A DNA stretch of 64,000 bases, taken from the NCBI GenBank assembly GCA_965217775.1, contig CBDCJH010000002.1:2784001-2848000 (forward strand). The letters are read 5' to 3'. Numbering within the stretch: position 1 is the first letter of the stretch; every line of letters begins with the position of its first letter. Both the position numbers and the translations under genes were made by a program. Below the pieces are notes generated by a model. The model made no database searches and was not told the DNA's origin. It saw nothing but the letters and a program-made list of their open reading frames with translations. This DNA is from Acidobacteriota bacterium (lineage in GTDB: Bacteria > Acidobacteriota > UBA6911 > RPQK01 > JAJDTT01). Below are positions 1 through 10,584 of the stretch, piece by piece.

Positions 1-1410
1 GTAGTCCTGCAACCACTGCTCCAGGGTCATATCGGCAATGCCACCCAGAATTGGCTTCATTCGAGTATCAGTCAAGAGAGCACGAATTCGTATGATTAGC
101 GTCTCTACATACTCAGACACATTGAGCATTTCCGCCGTTGCCTCAACATTACGAAGCATCGACGCTCCATCAAAAGGAAGAGGAGCATCGATGTCCGGCG
201 GGATAACGTCAGATGCCGCAGCGCCAAAAGCAGTATGAGCGTCACTGGCTCTATGGAGGAGGTCCTGAACTTCCTGGCGAGTGAAATCGTAGTGTGGATA
301 CTGACCTCGACGTGATTGGCAAAGTCCCTCAATCGTGTCGATGAAATCTTGTAGCTTGTCTCTTCGGTTTCCCTCAAAATCCCCCAAATCATGCTCCAGA
401 CCTGTCTTCCATTTCTCAAGTTTTTCGTAGAATGACTTGGGCCTCGGAAACGCTCCCCACGGACTCCCTCTATTCTGCTCAATTATGATGGTAGATACGA
501 CCGTGCGGAGAAATCGACGCATGCCGTGACTAGTGTCGTTCGTTGGGCACGTCTGGCCATCACGAGCAAATCGAAGAGCTTGTAGCAGCGTTGGTCGCTG
601 AGTTCTTGTGCTAGCCTGGGTGAACGAGCACCACTCCGCACTGTTCCAGAACCAAAGAGGCACCTTAAGCTGGACCTCACCTTCATCGGGTTCGACCTTG
701 AATATCCTCGCACTCACCGTGCCGTCATCGTCGAAGGCCCGTGAATATTCGCCATTTGGATCAAGGATGATAAACCGGGCATTAGGACGGTCACCACGCT
801 CCTGTTCGGATTGTTCAAGGCTCCAACGGACCAACCCGGCGACGGAGCAGGACTTCCCGCTACCGGTGTTGCCAAGTACCGCAAGATGCCGTCCGAACAA
901 TCTGTCTGGGTCAATGCAGACTTCCGCATCGCCAGCCAGAGGACTCGACCCAATTGTGACACGGCGATGCTCGCCCGATTCGACGATGGATCGGAGTTGA
1001 TGCTCCGTCGGCAACATGACCGCCGCGCCGACTGAGGGCAAGATATCCGCACCACGCTGGAATACATTCGGCCCGTCCACTGATTGTCTTCGGAGCATTC
1101 CCAAGGGGTTAAGGCGAAGCCTCCGAAGTGGATATGGAAGATCCACAAGCCCGAAGTCCTGCATTCCCCGTCGCTTCGGAAACGGCGAATGTTCCACAGT
1201 GATCCATTCGACTTGGCCGACCAAGAAGCCCTCGTCAACAGGAATCAAAAGGTAACTATTGACTCTTGGAAATGGTCGAGGCGCTCCTGTATTGAGGGCA
1301 ATGGACTCAGGCGCCTCAATATCAAGGACTACCTTGATGTCATTTGGAGATACGAAATCGACCGTACCTATCCTTAAACTGCCAGCCTGCTCGAATGGAG
1401 GTTGACTCAT
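1..1410 (-). CDS. HerA/DUF87-family ATPase (helicase partner of SIR2), 3' part outside window
   Basis: Missing from the ORF track, presumably because it runs off the edge. Manual translation from ATG at 1410 gives MSQPPFEQAGSLRIGTVDFVSP...LFGRHLAVLGNTGSGKSCSVAG...FIILDPNGEY (HerA Walker A and DPxGEY motifs). ATGA overlap with the SIR2 stop. Confidence 0.88.
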   Translation of the reverse strand, partial: MSQPPFEQAGSLRIGTVDFVSPNDIKVVLDIEAPESIALNTGAPRPFPRVNSYLLIPVDEGFLVGQVEWITVEHSPFPKRRGMQDFGLVDLPYPLRRLRLNPLGMLRRQSVDGPNVFQRGADILPSVGAAVMLPTEHQLRSIVESGEHRRVTIGSSPLAGDAEVCIDPDRLFGRHLAVLGNTGSGKSCSVAGLVRWSLEQSEQERGDRPNARFIILDPNGEYSRAFDDDGTVSARIFKVEPDEGEVQLKVPLWFWNSAEWCSFTQASTRTQRPTLLQALRFARDGQTCPTNDTSHGMRRFLRTVVSTIIIEQNRGSPWGAFPRPKSFYEKLEKWKTGLEHDLGDFEGNRRDKLQDFIDTIEGLCQSRRGQYPHYDFTRQEVQDLLHRASDAHTAFGAAASDVIPPDIDAPLPFDGASMLRNVEATAEMLNVSEYVETLIIRIRALLTDTRMKPILGGIADMTLEQWLQDY

Positions 1411-2822
1411 GATACTGAGGCTTCCTCGTTGGCTTTGGCCTCTCCATCCGTATCGCTCTCACCCCGGACTGTGCTCCATCGAGCCTTCAGTAGCTTGGCC
1501 ATTCGAAAGGTAGTGTGGTCAATAGCCGACTTTGGCAGATATCGGTCGACGAGAGTACGGAGGTCGCCGAGGTGGTCGCCAACTAACAGAGTGACTTGGG
1601 CGGGCCTCCCCAACTTCTCGTACATGTGCATGACTCTGCCAAGGGGGTCATCGTACGCGATGATCACAAGGTGTGCTGATGGAATCGTCAGCATGTCTTC
1701 AATCACTCGATTAATATGCTCATCGCCAAAACTATAGCCATAACAGATCAGTGTACTGTTCGGTCGACAAATCGTTGTGGCCAAATCCCGGAACAGCTCA
1801 ACATACGGATAATACGCGGTTTCGCGGTCCTTAGCCGCGTTCGGGTAGATCATGAGTTGCCGTGCATCTATGTTCATAAGCCCTGATGCAGCCAGAAACG
1901 GTGTTATATCCTGTGCCCCAAACGGAAGCCCAATGCGACGAATCGCTCCATCGTGATCAACCCAATCCACAGAGCCATGTAGTTTCGTAAATCGGGCAAC
2001 ACCTTCTAGGTATCGAGGCTCGCCACGAATGCCGGGTGGGTTGTAATGTAGGTCAATATCGAGCCTTGATGCGCGGAATACAGGAGCCAACGTACCGACA
2101 AATCGATCGATCGTGCGTAGTCCAGCCACATCGGAACCTGCTTCGATGTAGCGGTCGTAATTTGTCGTGTAGAGGTTAAGACGTTCGCGAGTGCCCGAGC
2201 GACTGGCAAAACTCATCAAAAAGTTGACTAAATAATTGAAAGCTTCCTCGCGCTTCTTAGAAGTTGATGCAGCAAGTTGGCGTTCCCCTTTCAGAATTGA
2301 AGCTGCGAATGATCTGAGCGCATCTGCCAAAGCATCGCGAAGGGCTGAGACTTGCTCATCCTCAGGGGCTTTATCCGACTTTTTGATACAAAGAATCTCC
2401 AGACCACGGAGCAATTCGCTAGCTACACGAATCTGGTCCTCAAAATTTCCCTTCTTTCGTCGCGCGGATTTAGCAACTCGTTTTACTTCGACCGAAATTT
2501 CATCGTCGAAAACGCCAAACGTGATTGAGCCCATTCCCGGTAATGGTTTGCCCGTCGCTATTCCATGGACAGAGTGCGTAAGGCCTGAACCGATCAACAA
2601 GGACAAATGTTCGGATTGAACGAGTGCAGTCAGCCAGGGCTCGATCCTCTTTCGGAGCATTTCCGACCCGAAAATTTCGTTACCCTTCATCCAAGAACAT
2701 TCTACATCGGCTGACAACACGAAAGGCTTGCCAGGATCCGAACCCCTCGTATCGCGCTCTAAGAAAATTGGAGAGTGATCGTCTCGAGTTTTGATGATCT
2801 GATGGCCTTGTTCCATAGTCAT
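1407..2822 (-). CDS. SIR2-family (SIR2_2) NADase-like protein of a SIR2-HerA anti-phage pair
   Basis: 471 aa with motifs LIGSGLT, YTTNYDRYIE, TKLHGSVDW and CYGYSFGDEHIN; coupled to the HerA gene. Confidence 0.88.
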   Translation of the reverse strand: MTMEQGHQIIKTRDDHSPIFLERDTRGSDPGKPFVLSADVECSWMKGNEIFGSEMLRKRIEPWLTALVQSEHLSLLIGSGLTHSVHGIATGKPLPGMGSITFGVFDDEISVEVKRVAKSARRKKGNFEDQIRVASELLRGLEILCIKKSDKAPEDEQVSALRDALADALRSFAASILKGERQLAASTSKKREEAFNYLVNFLMSFASRSGTRERLNLYTTNYDRYIEAGSDVAGLRTIDRFVGTLAPVFRASRLDIDLHYNPPGIRGEPRYLEGVARFTKLHGSVDWVDHDGAIRRIGLPFGAQDITPFLAASGLMNIDARQLMIYPNAAKDRETAYYPYVELFRDLATTICRPNSTLICYGYSFGDEHINRVIEDMLTIPSAHLVIIAYDDPLGRVMHMYEKLGRPAQVTLLVGDHLGDLRTLVDRYLPKSAIDHTTFRMAKLLKARWSTVRGESDTDGEAKANEEASVS

Positions 2823-2905
2823 GTGATGCCTCCGCCGGCTATGTCCGCCAGCAGCCTTTCTGTCTCCTGCTCCAGCGCCACAATGTCTGCTCGAATTTCC
2901 TCTAG
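2819..2905 (-). pseudogene. hsdM: 3' remnant of type I R-M methyltransferase (HsdM), cut by IS1380
   Basis: Translates LEEIRADIVALEQETERLLADIAGGGIT*, the HsdM C-terminal helix also seen at ~13940-14010. Its TGA overlaps the SIR2 ATG. Confidence 0.65.
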
Positions 2906-3492
2906 CCCGAATTTCTCACCAGAAAGATGGATAAAGGCCGCGTTTTCTTCTATAAGTGATGTTTGAGTAATAACTTACAGAGCAGAGGGAATGCAGCCTT
3001 ATGAACACAGAGGGTACCACAACAAAGCTGCTTTTTCAGTGTCTGGACGGACGGGACATCGTGGGCCGGTTCGACGGTGGCAAGATCACCTCCGACGCTG
3101 GCGGCGTCCTCTTGCGAGAGGTGGAGCACCGGACCCGGATCCTGGGTCGTCTGAGCGAGTGCTTCTCCGACCATCGGGATCCCGATCGGATCGAGGATTC
3201 GGTCGAGGCGCTGGTCAAGCAGTGCGTATACGGACTGTGTCTGGGCTACGAGGATCTCAACGACCACGACGAGCTGTGCCGGGACCGGCTGCTGGCCCTG
3301 CTGTGTGACCGGGACGATCTGACGGGGGAGTTCCGGCGCCGGGAGTCGGGTCGAGGGAAGCCGCTGGCCGGCAAGAGCACGCTGCACCGGCTGGAGCGTA
3401 CTTCGACGAAGGATCCGAAGAGACGGTACCGGAAGATCGTGGAGGATCCGGCCCCGATAGACGCGCTGCTGCGCTCGGCGGGTCGGGGGGGC
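2906..3492 (+). mobile_element. Truncated IS1380-family element (left end plus 5' transposase)
   Basis: End CCCGAATTTCTCACCAGA after CTAG. ORF 3001-3519 has FDGGKITSDAGG, LGYEDLNDHD and LAGKSTLHRLE, near-identical to 26343-26975, with an internal deletion. Confidence 0.85.
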
Positions 3493-5654
3493 GCTGCCCG
3501 GATGCAAAGAGACATATAACACTCTTAAATCCCTGGGAAGAGAAGCCGAGGCTCCCTCGTTACGCGATATCCCGTTGTGGATAATCAGAGATTTCCCACA
3601 AACTGAGCCCTGTTGCTAACGCCTCCATCAGGAGTCCCCCACGGAAGAAAAAACGCTCTGTCAATGGCCGCAACCCTGACATTCTCGACGGTCATTGACT
3701 TTGGGCAGGCGGACGCCTCGCTCCCCACCGACAGAAGGGATATTACAATCAAGACCAACATCAACCACACTTATAAACCGTCCACGAAATCGGGACACCT
3801 TCAAGCTACCCCCATGCGGCGTTGTTGAGGACGGTTCTGGCGCAAGTGCAAGCCCTCCCGCTTCGCTGTTAGCGAGAACAAGCCCTTTGGAAGACGCCCG
3901 GTTGGGAGTCCGCGGGACGGACTCTGCCCTGGAGTCGGCTCTTGGGGGAGAAACGTGGCTCATGGGTACTGGTGGGAGGTCAAATGCCCCTGGACATCAC
4001 CCGATTTCGGCTTTCGTCAGCGCATTCGAGTCGGCAGGACGGCTCTCGAATTCATATGAATAAGAAAACCACTGAAATGCTGTTACACCGACCGATTATC
4101 GTGTCGGTGATGAGAGATGGGGGTTAGTACCGATTTCCGACGTCTTGGTCGATCTGTCCGGCCCGGCCCAGTTTGGTTCTTGCTCTTGGGGTGTGGGAGA
4201 ATAGATTGGAAGGAAGCACGGGCGGAGAGCAAATCTCGATCGGGACGGCGAGTGTACCGTTAGTAGGGTTGGTCCTCACGAGTTTACGCCGGACTGAGCC
4301 GCAGCAGGCCAGAAAGGTCGGCCGAAGGAGACTGAATGCAGAAGATCAAGTTATGGTCAGTGGAGTCGTGGGACAACACACTTAAGGCCACTGCTGTTGC
4401 GGACATCGATACCACAAAAACAGAACAACAACTAGAGGATCTACTGGTCAACTCGCCCGACCTCCTAATGGACAATCTCACTCTCGTTGGGCGTCAATTG
4501 CCAACCGAGGGCGGCTCACTAGATCTTCTGGGCGTAGACGCCGACGGGCGTCTGGTTGTGTTTGAGTTGAAGCGCGGAACGCTCACGCGTGATGCAGTCG
4601 CCCAAGCGCTCGATTACGCTTCTCATCTTGCCGTGCTTAGAGAGGACAAGTTTGCGCGATTAATCGATGAGTATTCTGGACAGAATGGCATTGAGGCGCG
4701 AGAAGACTTCGCGGATTGGTATCAGCAAGAATTTCCAAACGAGACTGGTTTTCTGATCAATCCGCCGAAGATCGTGCTTGTCGGCTTGGGAGCGGATGAA
4801 CGCGCTCATCGCATCGTGGACTTCCTGGCCCAAAGGGGGGTCGAAATCCAGCTTCTAACGTTCCATGGTTTCACGCACGAAGGGAAGCTTCTCTTAGCAC
4901 GCCAGACTGATAGTATTGCGCCCACCCCCACTAAAAACCGCTCGACGAAAGAGAGCAATCAGGCGATTCTACACGAAGCGGCCGAGCGTCTCGAGGTCAA
5001 AGCATTTCTTGAGGAGACGGCAAACTTCATAGAGGCTCGAATGCCCAGCTACCGGTGGCCCGGTAAGACATCCTACTCCTTTAGCCTACAGGAGAAGACG
5101 AGTGAGGGAAGGCCCACACTACGTTCTTACGCCACCCTCTACCTCGACACACAACAGCCCGGCTCCCTGCTCCTCACTCTGAGCCCGAGGGCGGAAAAAG
5201 TTGCCGGCGATGCTGTAAACCAGTTCTGCGCAGAAGTTCCAGCGGCTGTCAGGAACCAGAAAAGCTACAGCGCCTTAGATGTCGGTATGTCCAGAAACGG
5301 ATGGACTACGATGTCGGCGGCTCTTGAGCATTTGCTTTCAGCGATAGTCGATGGTTGGAAGCGAAGTGCGAACGACGACGAGAAGAATTCATCCCCTGAT
5401 CAGGACGTTACGACAGACTAACGCATCTCGAGCTCGCCCATGGCACACTTGACCTTGCCAGTCCGGACGCCACCAAGAGTCACAAACTTGCTGCCCTGGT
5501 CACCCGCCACGCCGTCCTCCCGAACCCTCTTTAATCGGTCTGGAGCGTGGGGCTCCGCCCTTACTGACGGGAGCGCGGACCTCTCTTTCTAGAGATTTAA
5601 GAGTAGTATGCTTCTCTTCGCATCCAGGGGGTCTCAGGTATAGGCAGCGCCCCC
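3486..5654. repeat. Pair of diverged ~70-85-bp inverted repeats (3486-3556 and 5570-5654)
   Basis: Left: GGGGGCGCTGCC..GGATGCAAAGAGA..ACTCTTAAATCCCTGGGAAGAGA..GCTCCC. Reverse complement of right: GGGGGCGCTGCC..GGATGCGAAGAGA..ACTCTTAAATCTCTAGAAAGAGA..GCTCCC. Confidence 0.6.
4336..5421 (+). CDS. NucS/EndoMS-like (DUF91) PD-(D/E)xK endonuclease domain protein
   Basis: 361 aa; GRQLPTEGGSLDLLGVDADGRLVVFELKRG...AVAQALDYA motif. Confidence 0.8.
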   Translation: MQKIKLWSVESWDNTLKATAVADIDTTKTEQQLEDLLVNSPDLLMDNLTLVGRQLPTEGGSLDLLGVDADGRLVVFELKRGTLTRDAVAQALDYASHLAVLREDKFARLIDEYSGQNGIEAREDFADWYQQEFPNETGFLINPPKIVLVGLGADERAHRIVDFLAQRGVEIQLLTFHGFTHEGKLLLARQTDSIAPTPTKNRSTKESNQAILHEAAERLEVKAFLEETANFIEARMPSYRWPGKTSYSFSLQEKTSEGRPTLRSYATLYLDTQQPGSLLLTLSPRAEKVAGDAVNQFCAEVPAAVRNQKSYSALDVGMSRNGWTTMSAALEHLLSAIVDGWKRSANDDEKNSSPDQDVTTD

Positions 5655-5850
5655 ATGAGCAGCACAAGTGGCGACAGAATGTGCTGTGCGCTGGGGGGAG
5701 CTAAGTAATGGACTGGATACGCGGGCGGTGGAGTTTCCCGACAGCCCGATACCAGAAAGACCAACCTTTCTCAGAGAATATCCGTTAACTTCAGTTAACG
5801 AGCGTCGACCAAAAAACACCAAGACTTCTTACAAGCAATTAAGAGTAAGT

Positions 5851-7477
5851 AGTTCTCATCCGGAAAGCCGTAAGTAATTGAGAAATAAGGAGTAATCAGG
5901 CATTTTCAAACCCCGGTTTTGTCATAGCCATTTGCTAGTCTGTTGGTCCCAAACAATAGATAACAAATGACTTACACAAAACCGAGGGCTTGAACAATGC
6001 GTCGAAACCGGGAACATCAGCGTCCGCTCTCCGGCCTCTGGCCCGATCACCGACTCGCCCAGGAACTGAGAGCCGTTTCCAAGATCTTGGATGACAACCC
6101 CTCGATCCTGGAGCTGGTTCTACACGATCTGTGTGACACCGCCGCTTCAGGACAAGGGGCTCCAGGTCTCTCCGCGGAGCAAGTCCTGCGCGCGGCCATC
6201 CTCAAGAATTGGAAACAGTTGGCCTACACCCAGTTGGCATTCCTCCTGAACGACTCTCAGTGCTATCGTCGCTTCGCCCGGCTGTCCTTTTACTGGACCC
6301 CCAGCGCCTCCTGCCTCCAGGAGAACATCAGCCGCATCCAGGCCGCTACCTGGCAGCAGATCAACCGGCTCCTGGTGCAATGGGCGGCCCGCCAGGGACT
6401 GGAACGGGGACGCAAGATTCGAGTCGATGCCACGGCCGTGCAAAGCCCCATCCGCTATCCCCTCGATTCCCAGTTGCTGGTCGATTCGATTCGAGTCCTC
6501 ACCCGGCTGCTTCGCCGCTTGGCCCGGCATCACAAGATCGTCTTTCGGGATCACCAGCGCCGAGCCAAGCGACGCGGCAAGCGTCGCCGGCAAGCCTATC
6601 GGGATCTGCTGAAGGTCGCTCGCAAGACCGCTCACTACGCCGAGAGGGCCCTGCAGCAAGCGGACCGGTTCACGGACCCTCCCAGTCCGCTCATCGTCGC
6701 CAAACTGCGCCACTATCAGGACTTGACGACGAAGATCATCGATCAGACCGAGCGTCGCATCCTGCAGGGGGAGAAGGTTCCGGCCGACGAGAAGGTCCTC
6801 TCCTTGTTTGAGGAGCACACCGACATCATCAAGAAGGGGGGCAGGGAAACCGTCTTTGGGCACAAGCTGTTTCTGACCGGCGGCGTCTCCGGCCTGATGC
6901 TGGATGGTGAGGTGGTGCGGGGGAACCCCGCCGATGCCGGTCAGTTCCAGCCCTGGATGCGGCGCCAGTATGATCTGTACGGCCGTTGGCCTCGACAGGT
7001 CAGTTGTGACGGATGCTTTGCCAGCCGCTCCAATCTGGAGTGGGCCAAAAAGCAAGGCGTCCAGGATGTCGCCTTTGCCAAGAAACGCGGACTGAAGGTC
7101 CCTGAGATGGTGCGCTCCAGTTGGGTCTACCGGCAACTGCGACGCTTCCGGGCCGGCATCGAAGGGTGCATCTCGTGGCTCAAGCGAGTGTTCGGACTCG
7201 GACGCTGCACCTGGAAGGGCTGGCCCCACTTCCAGCAATATGTGTACCTCTCGATCGTCAGCTTCAACCTGCTGGTTCTGGCCCGCCTGCTGCTGTAAGC
7301 GCAGCTTGAATCCATTGCCGATGCCCCGTCAGGGACTCGTGTCTTCAAAATCCGGGATCGGCTCTCAACGGACTTGAATTTCCTGCTTTCGGCCCCCATC
7401 GAGCCGGTTTATTGCAGTTTCTCCGGCCTTCCTCGGGCTACCCAATCCCCCAAAACCCGACTTTCTGGATGAGAACT
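5851..7477 (+). mobile_element. ISNCY/IS5-like insertion sequence
   Basis: Terminal IRs AGTTCTCATCCGGAAAG / AGTTCTCATCCAGAAAG (rc) enclose a DDE transposase. Confidence 0.85.
5997..7298 (+). CDS. ISNCY-family DDE transposase
   Basis: 433 aa; KIRVDATAV, VSCDGCFAS and RRFRAGIEGCISWLKR. Lacks an 8-aa stretch (CLKIKNRR) present in the copy at 15.5-17.1 kb. Confidence 0.85.
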   Translation: MRRNREHQRPLSGLWPDHRLAQELRAVSKILDDNPSILELVLHDLCDTAASGQGAPGLSAEQVLRAAILKNWKQLAYTQLAFLLNDSQCYRRFARLSFYWTPSASCLQENISRIQAATWQQINRLLVQWAARQGLERGRKIRVDATAVQSPIRYPLDSQLLVDSIRVLTRLLRRLARHHKIVFRDHQRRAKRRGKRRRQAYRDLLKVARKTAHYAERALQQADRFTDPPSPLIVAKLRHYQDLTTKIIDQTERRILQGEKVPADEKVLSLFEEHTDIIKKGGRETVFGHKLFLTGGVSGLMLDGEVVRGNPADAGQFQPWMRRQYDLYGRWPRQVSCDGCFASRSNLEWAKKQGVQDVAFAKKRGLKVPEMVRSSWVYRQLRRFRAGIEGCISWLKRVFGLGRCTWKGWPHFQQYVYLSIVSFNLLVLARLLL

Positions 7478-7575
7478 AGCTAGATACAAATAACCGAAGC
7501 GAGTACACTGTGGTATCCATCGGAGGAGGGGCCCCAGGGGGAAGCGGAACAGACCACGAAGGCGATAAAAACATC

Positions 7576-8445
7576 ATGAATCAACTGACCTACATACAGC
7601 ACCAATCCGTATCGCTGAAGAATCATCCCGAGTTCAACGAGAAGTGGCTCCAAGACCGGATCGCAGAAGACCCCACAATTCTCGGGCTGGGTGAAGTTGT
7701 TCTAATAGACCGGGAACGGCCTCAAGAGCGGGCCGGCCGACTCGATCTCCTGCTGTCCAGCCCAGAGCAGGACCGGCGCTACGAGGTCGAGCTGATGCTT
7801 GGAGCGACGGACGAGTCTCACATTATTCGATGCATCGAGTACTGGGATATTGAGCGGCGGTGATATCCAGGATACGAGCACTGTGCGGTGCTTATCGCCG
7901 AGGATATTACAAGTCGGTTTTTGAACGTCATTGGACTTCTGGCGGGCACCGTGCCGCTGGTTTCCATCCAACTTAACGCACTTCGCATCGGCGACCACAT
8001 CATCCTCCACTTCGTCCGTGTGCTGGACCAGCGACTGCTCAGACGTGATGACACTTCCATCATAAAGCTCCAAGCCGTTGATCGATCCTACTGGATCAAC
8101 AAGTCCACACAACGGATCATCAAACTCGCTGATGAGGTTTTGGAAGTCATCAATGAAAAGGCAAAGACGCCACAGCAACTAAACTACAATAAGCACTACA
8201 TCGGCCTGTCTGACGGAATCCGATCAAGAAATTTCATCTACTTCCTTCCCCGGAAGAAGCACCTACGAGTGGTCATTCCTCGTGGCTGGAGCGAAGAACG
8301 GTCAGAGCGATTCGATGACGCAGGGCTTGCAGTTGAGCAGAAGGACGACGGTATCGTGTTCAATCTCTATCCCGCCGATCTGAAGAAGCATCGCGACCTG
8401 GTCAACTCCGTAGTTCACGAAGTAGTCGAAGAATTTAGCTCATGA
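7576..8445 (+). pseudogene. NucS-like endonuclease domain protein with a single internal TGA (7861-7863)
   Basis: ORFs 7510-7863 and 7888-8445 are in frame: ...AGRLDLLL...YEVELMLGATDESHIIRCIEYWDIERR*YPGYEHCAVLIAEDITSRFLNVI. Probably a CGA>TGA change. Confidence 0.75.
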
Positions 8446-8894
8446 GAGGCGATACTTATAAGATCGATTGGTTGAGTACAAGAAAGCAAATTAATCTACT
8501 CTGAGTGGCCGTCTCATACTCATTTACTGACCATTTCGTCACATTATCAAGTGGTTGAAACGGACTCGCTGCCTCTCAATAAATCAACTTTAGAGAAGGC
8601 CTGGTTTCGGTTCTCTCAAGATCGAATCGGGGTCCCACCAAAGCCATTAAAAGTCAGTCCTTATTCTCCGATAATTAATGACCAAAAGCCGGCTTCCGGC
8701 CATTAGAGTCCTTAGCGTCCAGTGGGGGTCCAGCTCACCCGTACGGGAGATAGTGGAGCGGAGCAATAGACTTTTCCAAGCAACGCTACGGGCGCACCCA
8801 TCGCTGCTACAAGAGTCGGTCCCAACGGGTAGTCGCTTCGACAGATGCCACCGCGTCCGCGTTCCGCGAACCTAGCGCCGGAACCTCAGGCGCG

Positions 8895-10565
8895 TCAGGA
8901 ACCCTCAGCGTAGCTGATCTCCAAAAAGATCTGATGGACCACGACCGGATCCTGGTCGGGCTGGATGACGTTCTTGACGCGGCCGAAGGCCTGCTTCAGG
9001 ATCTCGGCAGGATCGGCATTGGGGGGACCGATCAAACCCGCGAAGGGGCCAGCGGCAAGAACATTTGAAATCAGGCCCACCTCATTCATGCCGTTGCGCG
9101 CCACACCCGCGGGAACCTGAAAGTGAAACCAGTCCCCGTCCCTCTCTGGCTCGGGCAACAGAGTGTGATTTAGACGAGCCCAGAGAATAGTCCCCTTCCC
9201 GGCCTTGGCCGTGAATATGCTCAGACGCAGGCTGGCCTTCGGGTCTTCGGCAGCCGGACCCAGATGCAACCGCAGCTTCCGCTCAACCCGGTCCAGAATG
9301 ATGGGCAACAGCGCCGGCTCGGAACCGTGATAGAACGGCCCCCCGCTATGCGCCGTGGCGTTGATGGCGTAGACCTTGTCCTTGCCGGCCATGGTCTCGG
9401 TCGCTCCCAACTCACTCAGCACGCCCTCGAACTCCTCGTCGGTCAGCCGTTGCGTCGGCTCATGCCGGAAGTTGAAGAGGTAGATGCCGTCGGCGCCCTG
9501 GTCCAGGTAGTAGTCGGCATACGCCCGCATTCCCTGGCGGAACAGAGGCTCGCCCCGCAGAGTCTCCCAAGCGCCCGCCCGCATGGTGTTGGGATTGATG
9601 GACGGATAGACCTGCACCCCCGTCTCTCCGGCCAAGCGCACCCATTGGCCAATGGCCAACTGGTCGGGCATGTATCCCAGGCCCACCAGCAGCACGTCCA
9701 CCAGCCCCTCCCGGGCCCAGGCCTCCACGTCCAGACCGATCTCCAGGTTGGTCTCCAGGGAATCCATCACGTGGACCGCCAGGGTGTAGGGCCGCCCCCG
9801 CTCCTCTCCGATGGCGTTCAGCCGCTCCCGGATCTGCCGCATCAGGTCCGTAATCAGATGGGCTTTTTGCCGTCCCTGCCCCATGGGGAAGTGGATCCCC
9901 ATGCGGTTGAAGTCCAGCTCGTAGCCGTCGAAGTCGTGTCTCGCGGCAGTCTTCGCGATGTAGTCGAGACGATGCTGCCGAACCTCCGGGTGGGTGTAGT
10001 CCAACGACACCCAGAGACGCTGCTCGGTCAGCTCGGAAGGGAGCTGGCGGTCCGTCATCGGCGCCATCAGGTACTCGGGGTGTTGCGTCTTGAAGACGTC
10101 GTCCAATTCCTCCAGGGTCCGGGACCGGAAGGCCGCGTGAAGATCGCTCATGCGCACCGACGCCCAGACCTCCAACCCCTGTTCATGGCAGGCCCGGATG
10201 ACGATGTCGTTCACCTGCTCGTAGGAATCGAAACAGGACCAGAGCAGATCCGTTGGAATATTCCACGGAGGCTCGGCCCCGTTTCCGATGTGCCACAGGT
10301 AGATGTCCACCTGGGTTCCCTTGACCATGCGCACGCTGGCGTCCAGGAAGTCGTCGTGGGTTTGGATGTCGTAGATGAGGCTCATGTACGGTTCCACCTT
10401 GCCCCGGTCCAGGTAGCTGTGCGACTGGACGGCGGCGGAGTCGTAGTAGAGGATCCGGCGCTCCTTCTTCGGCTCGCCTTTCGAGGCGACGTCCGGGGTC
10501 TGGGAAGGACTCCCGCAGGAGACGGCAACCAGCAGGAGCGCCAGGAGGAACCCGTGTCTCTTCAT
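8895..10565 (-). CDS. Putative lipoprotein with a GHL10/DUF187-like glycoside-hydrolase TIM barrel (copy 1)
   Basis: Lipobox LVAVSC; LDYTHPEVRQHRLDYI...DFDGYELDFNR; GADGIYLFNF. Highly similar to 54063-55730. Confidence 0.7.
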   Translation of the reverse strand: MKRHGFLLALLLVAVSCGSPSQTPDVASKGEPKKERRILYYDSAAVQSHSYLDRGKVEPYMSLIYDIQTHDDFLDASVRMVKGTQVDIYLWHIGNGAEPPWNIPTDLLWSCFDSYEQVNDIVIRACHEQGLEVWASVRMSDLHAAFRSRTLEELDDVFKTQHPEYLMAPMTDRQLPSELTEQRLWVSLDYTHPEVRQHRLDYIAKTAARHDFDGYELDFNRMGIHFPMGQGRQKAHLITDLMRQIRERLNAIGEERGRPYTLAVHVMDSLETNLEIGLDVEAWAREGLVDVLLVGLGYMPDQLAIGQWVRLAGETGVQVYPSINPNTMRAGAWETLRGEPLFRQGMRAYADYYLDQGADGIYLFNFRHEPTQRLTDEEFEGVLSELGATETMAGKDKVYAINATAHSGGPFYHGSEPALLPIILDRVERKLRLHLGPAAEDPKASLRLSIFTAKAGKGTILWARLNHTLLPEPERDGDWFHFQVPAGVARNGMNEVGLISNVLAAGPFAGLIGPPNADPAEILKQAFGRVKNVIQPDQDPVVVHQIFLEISYAEGS

Positions 10566-10584
10566 ATCGGGTACCTTCACCACA

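Noticed and set aside
38-1377. Many short ORFs suggesting a fragmented region
   Set aside because: Explained by a single HerA gene on the minus strand running off the window edge.
3585-3770. 61-aa ORF with a signal-peptide-like start
   Set aside because: Too short, with no other support; may be a truncated fragment or chance.
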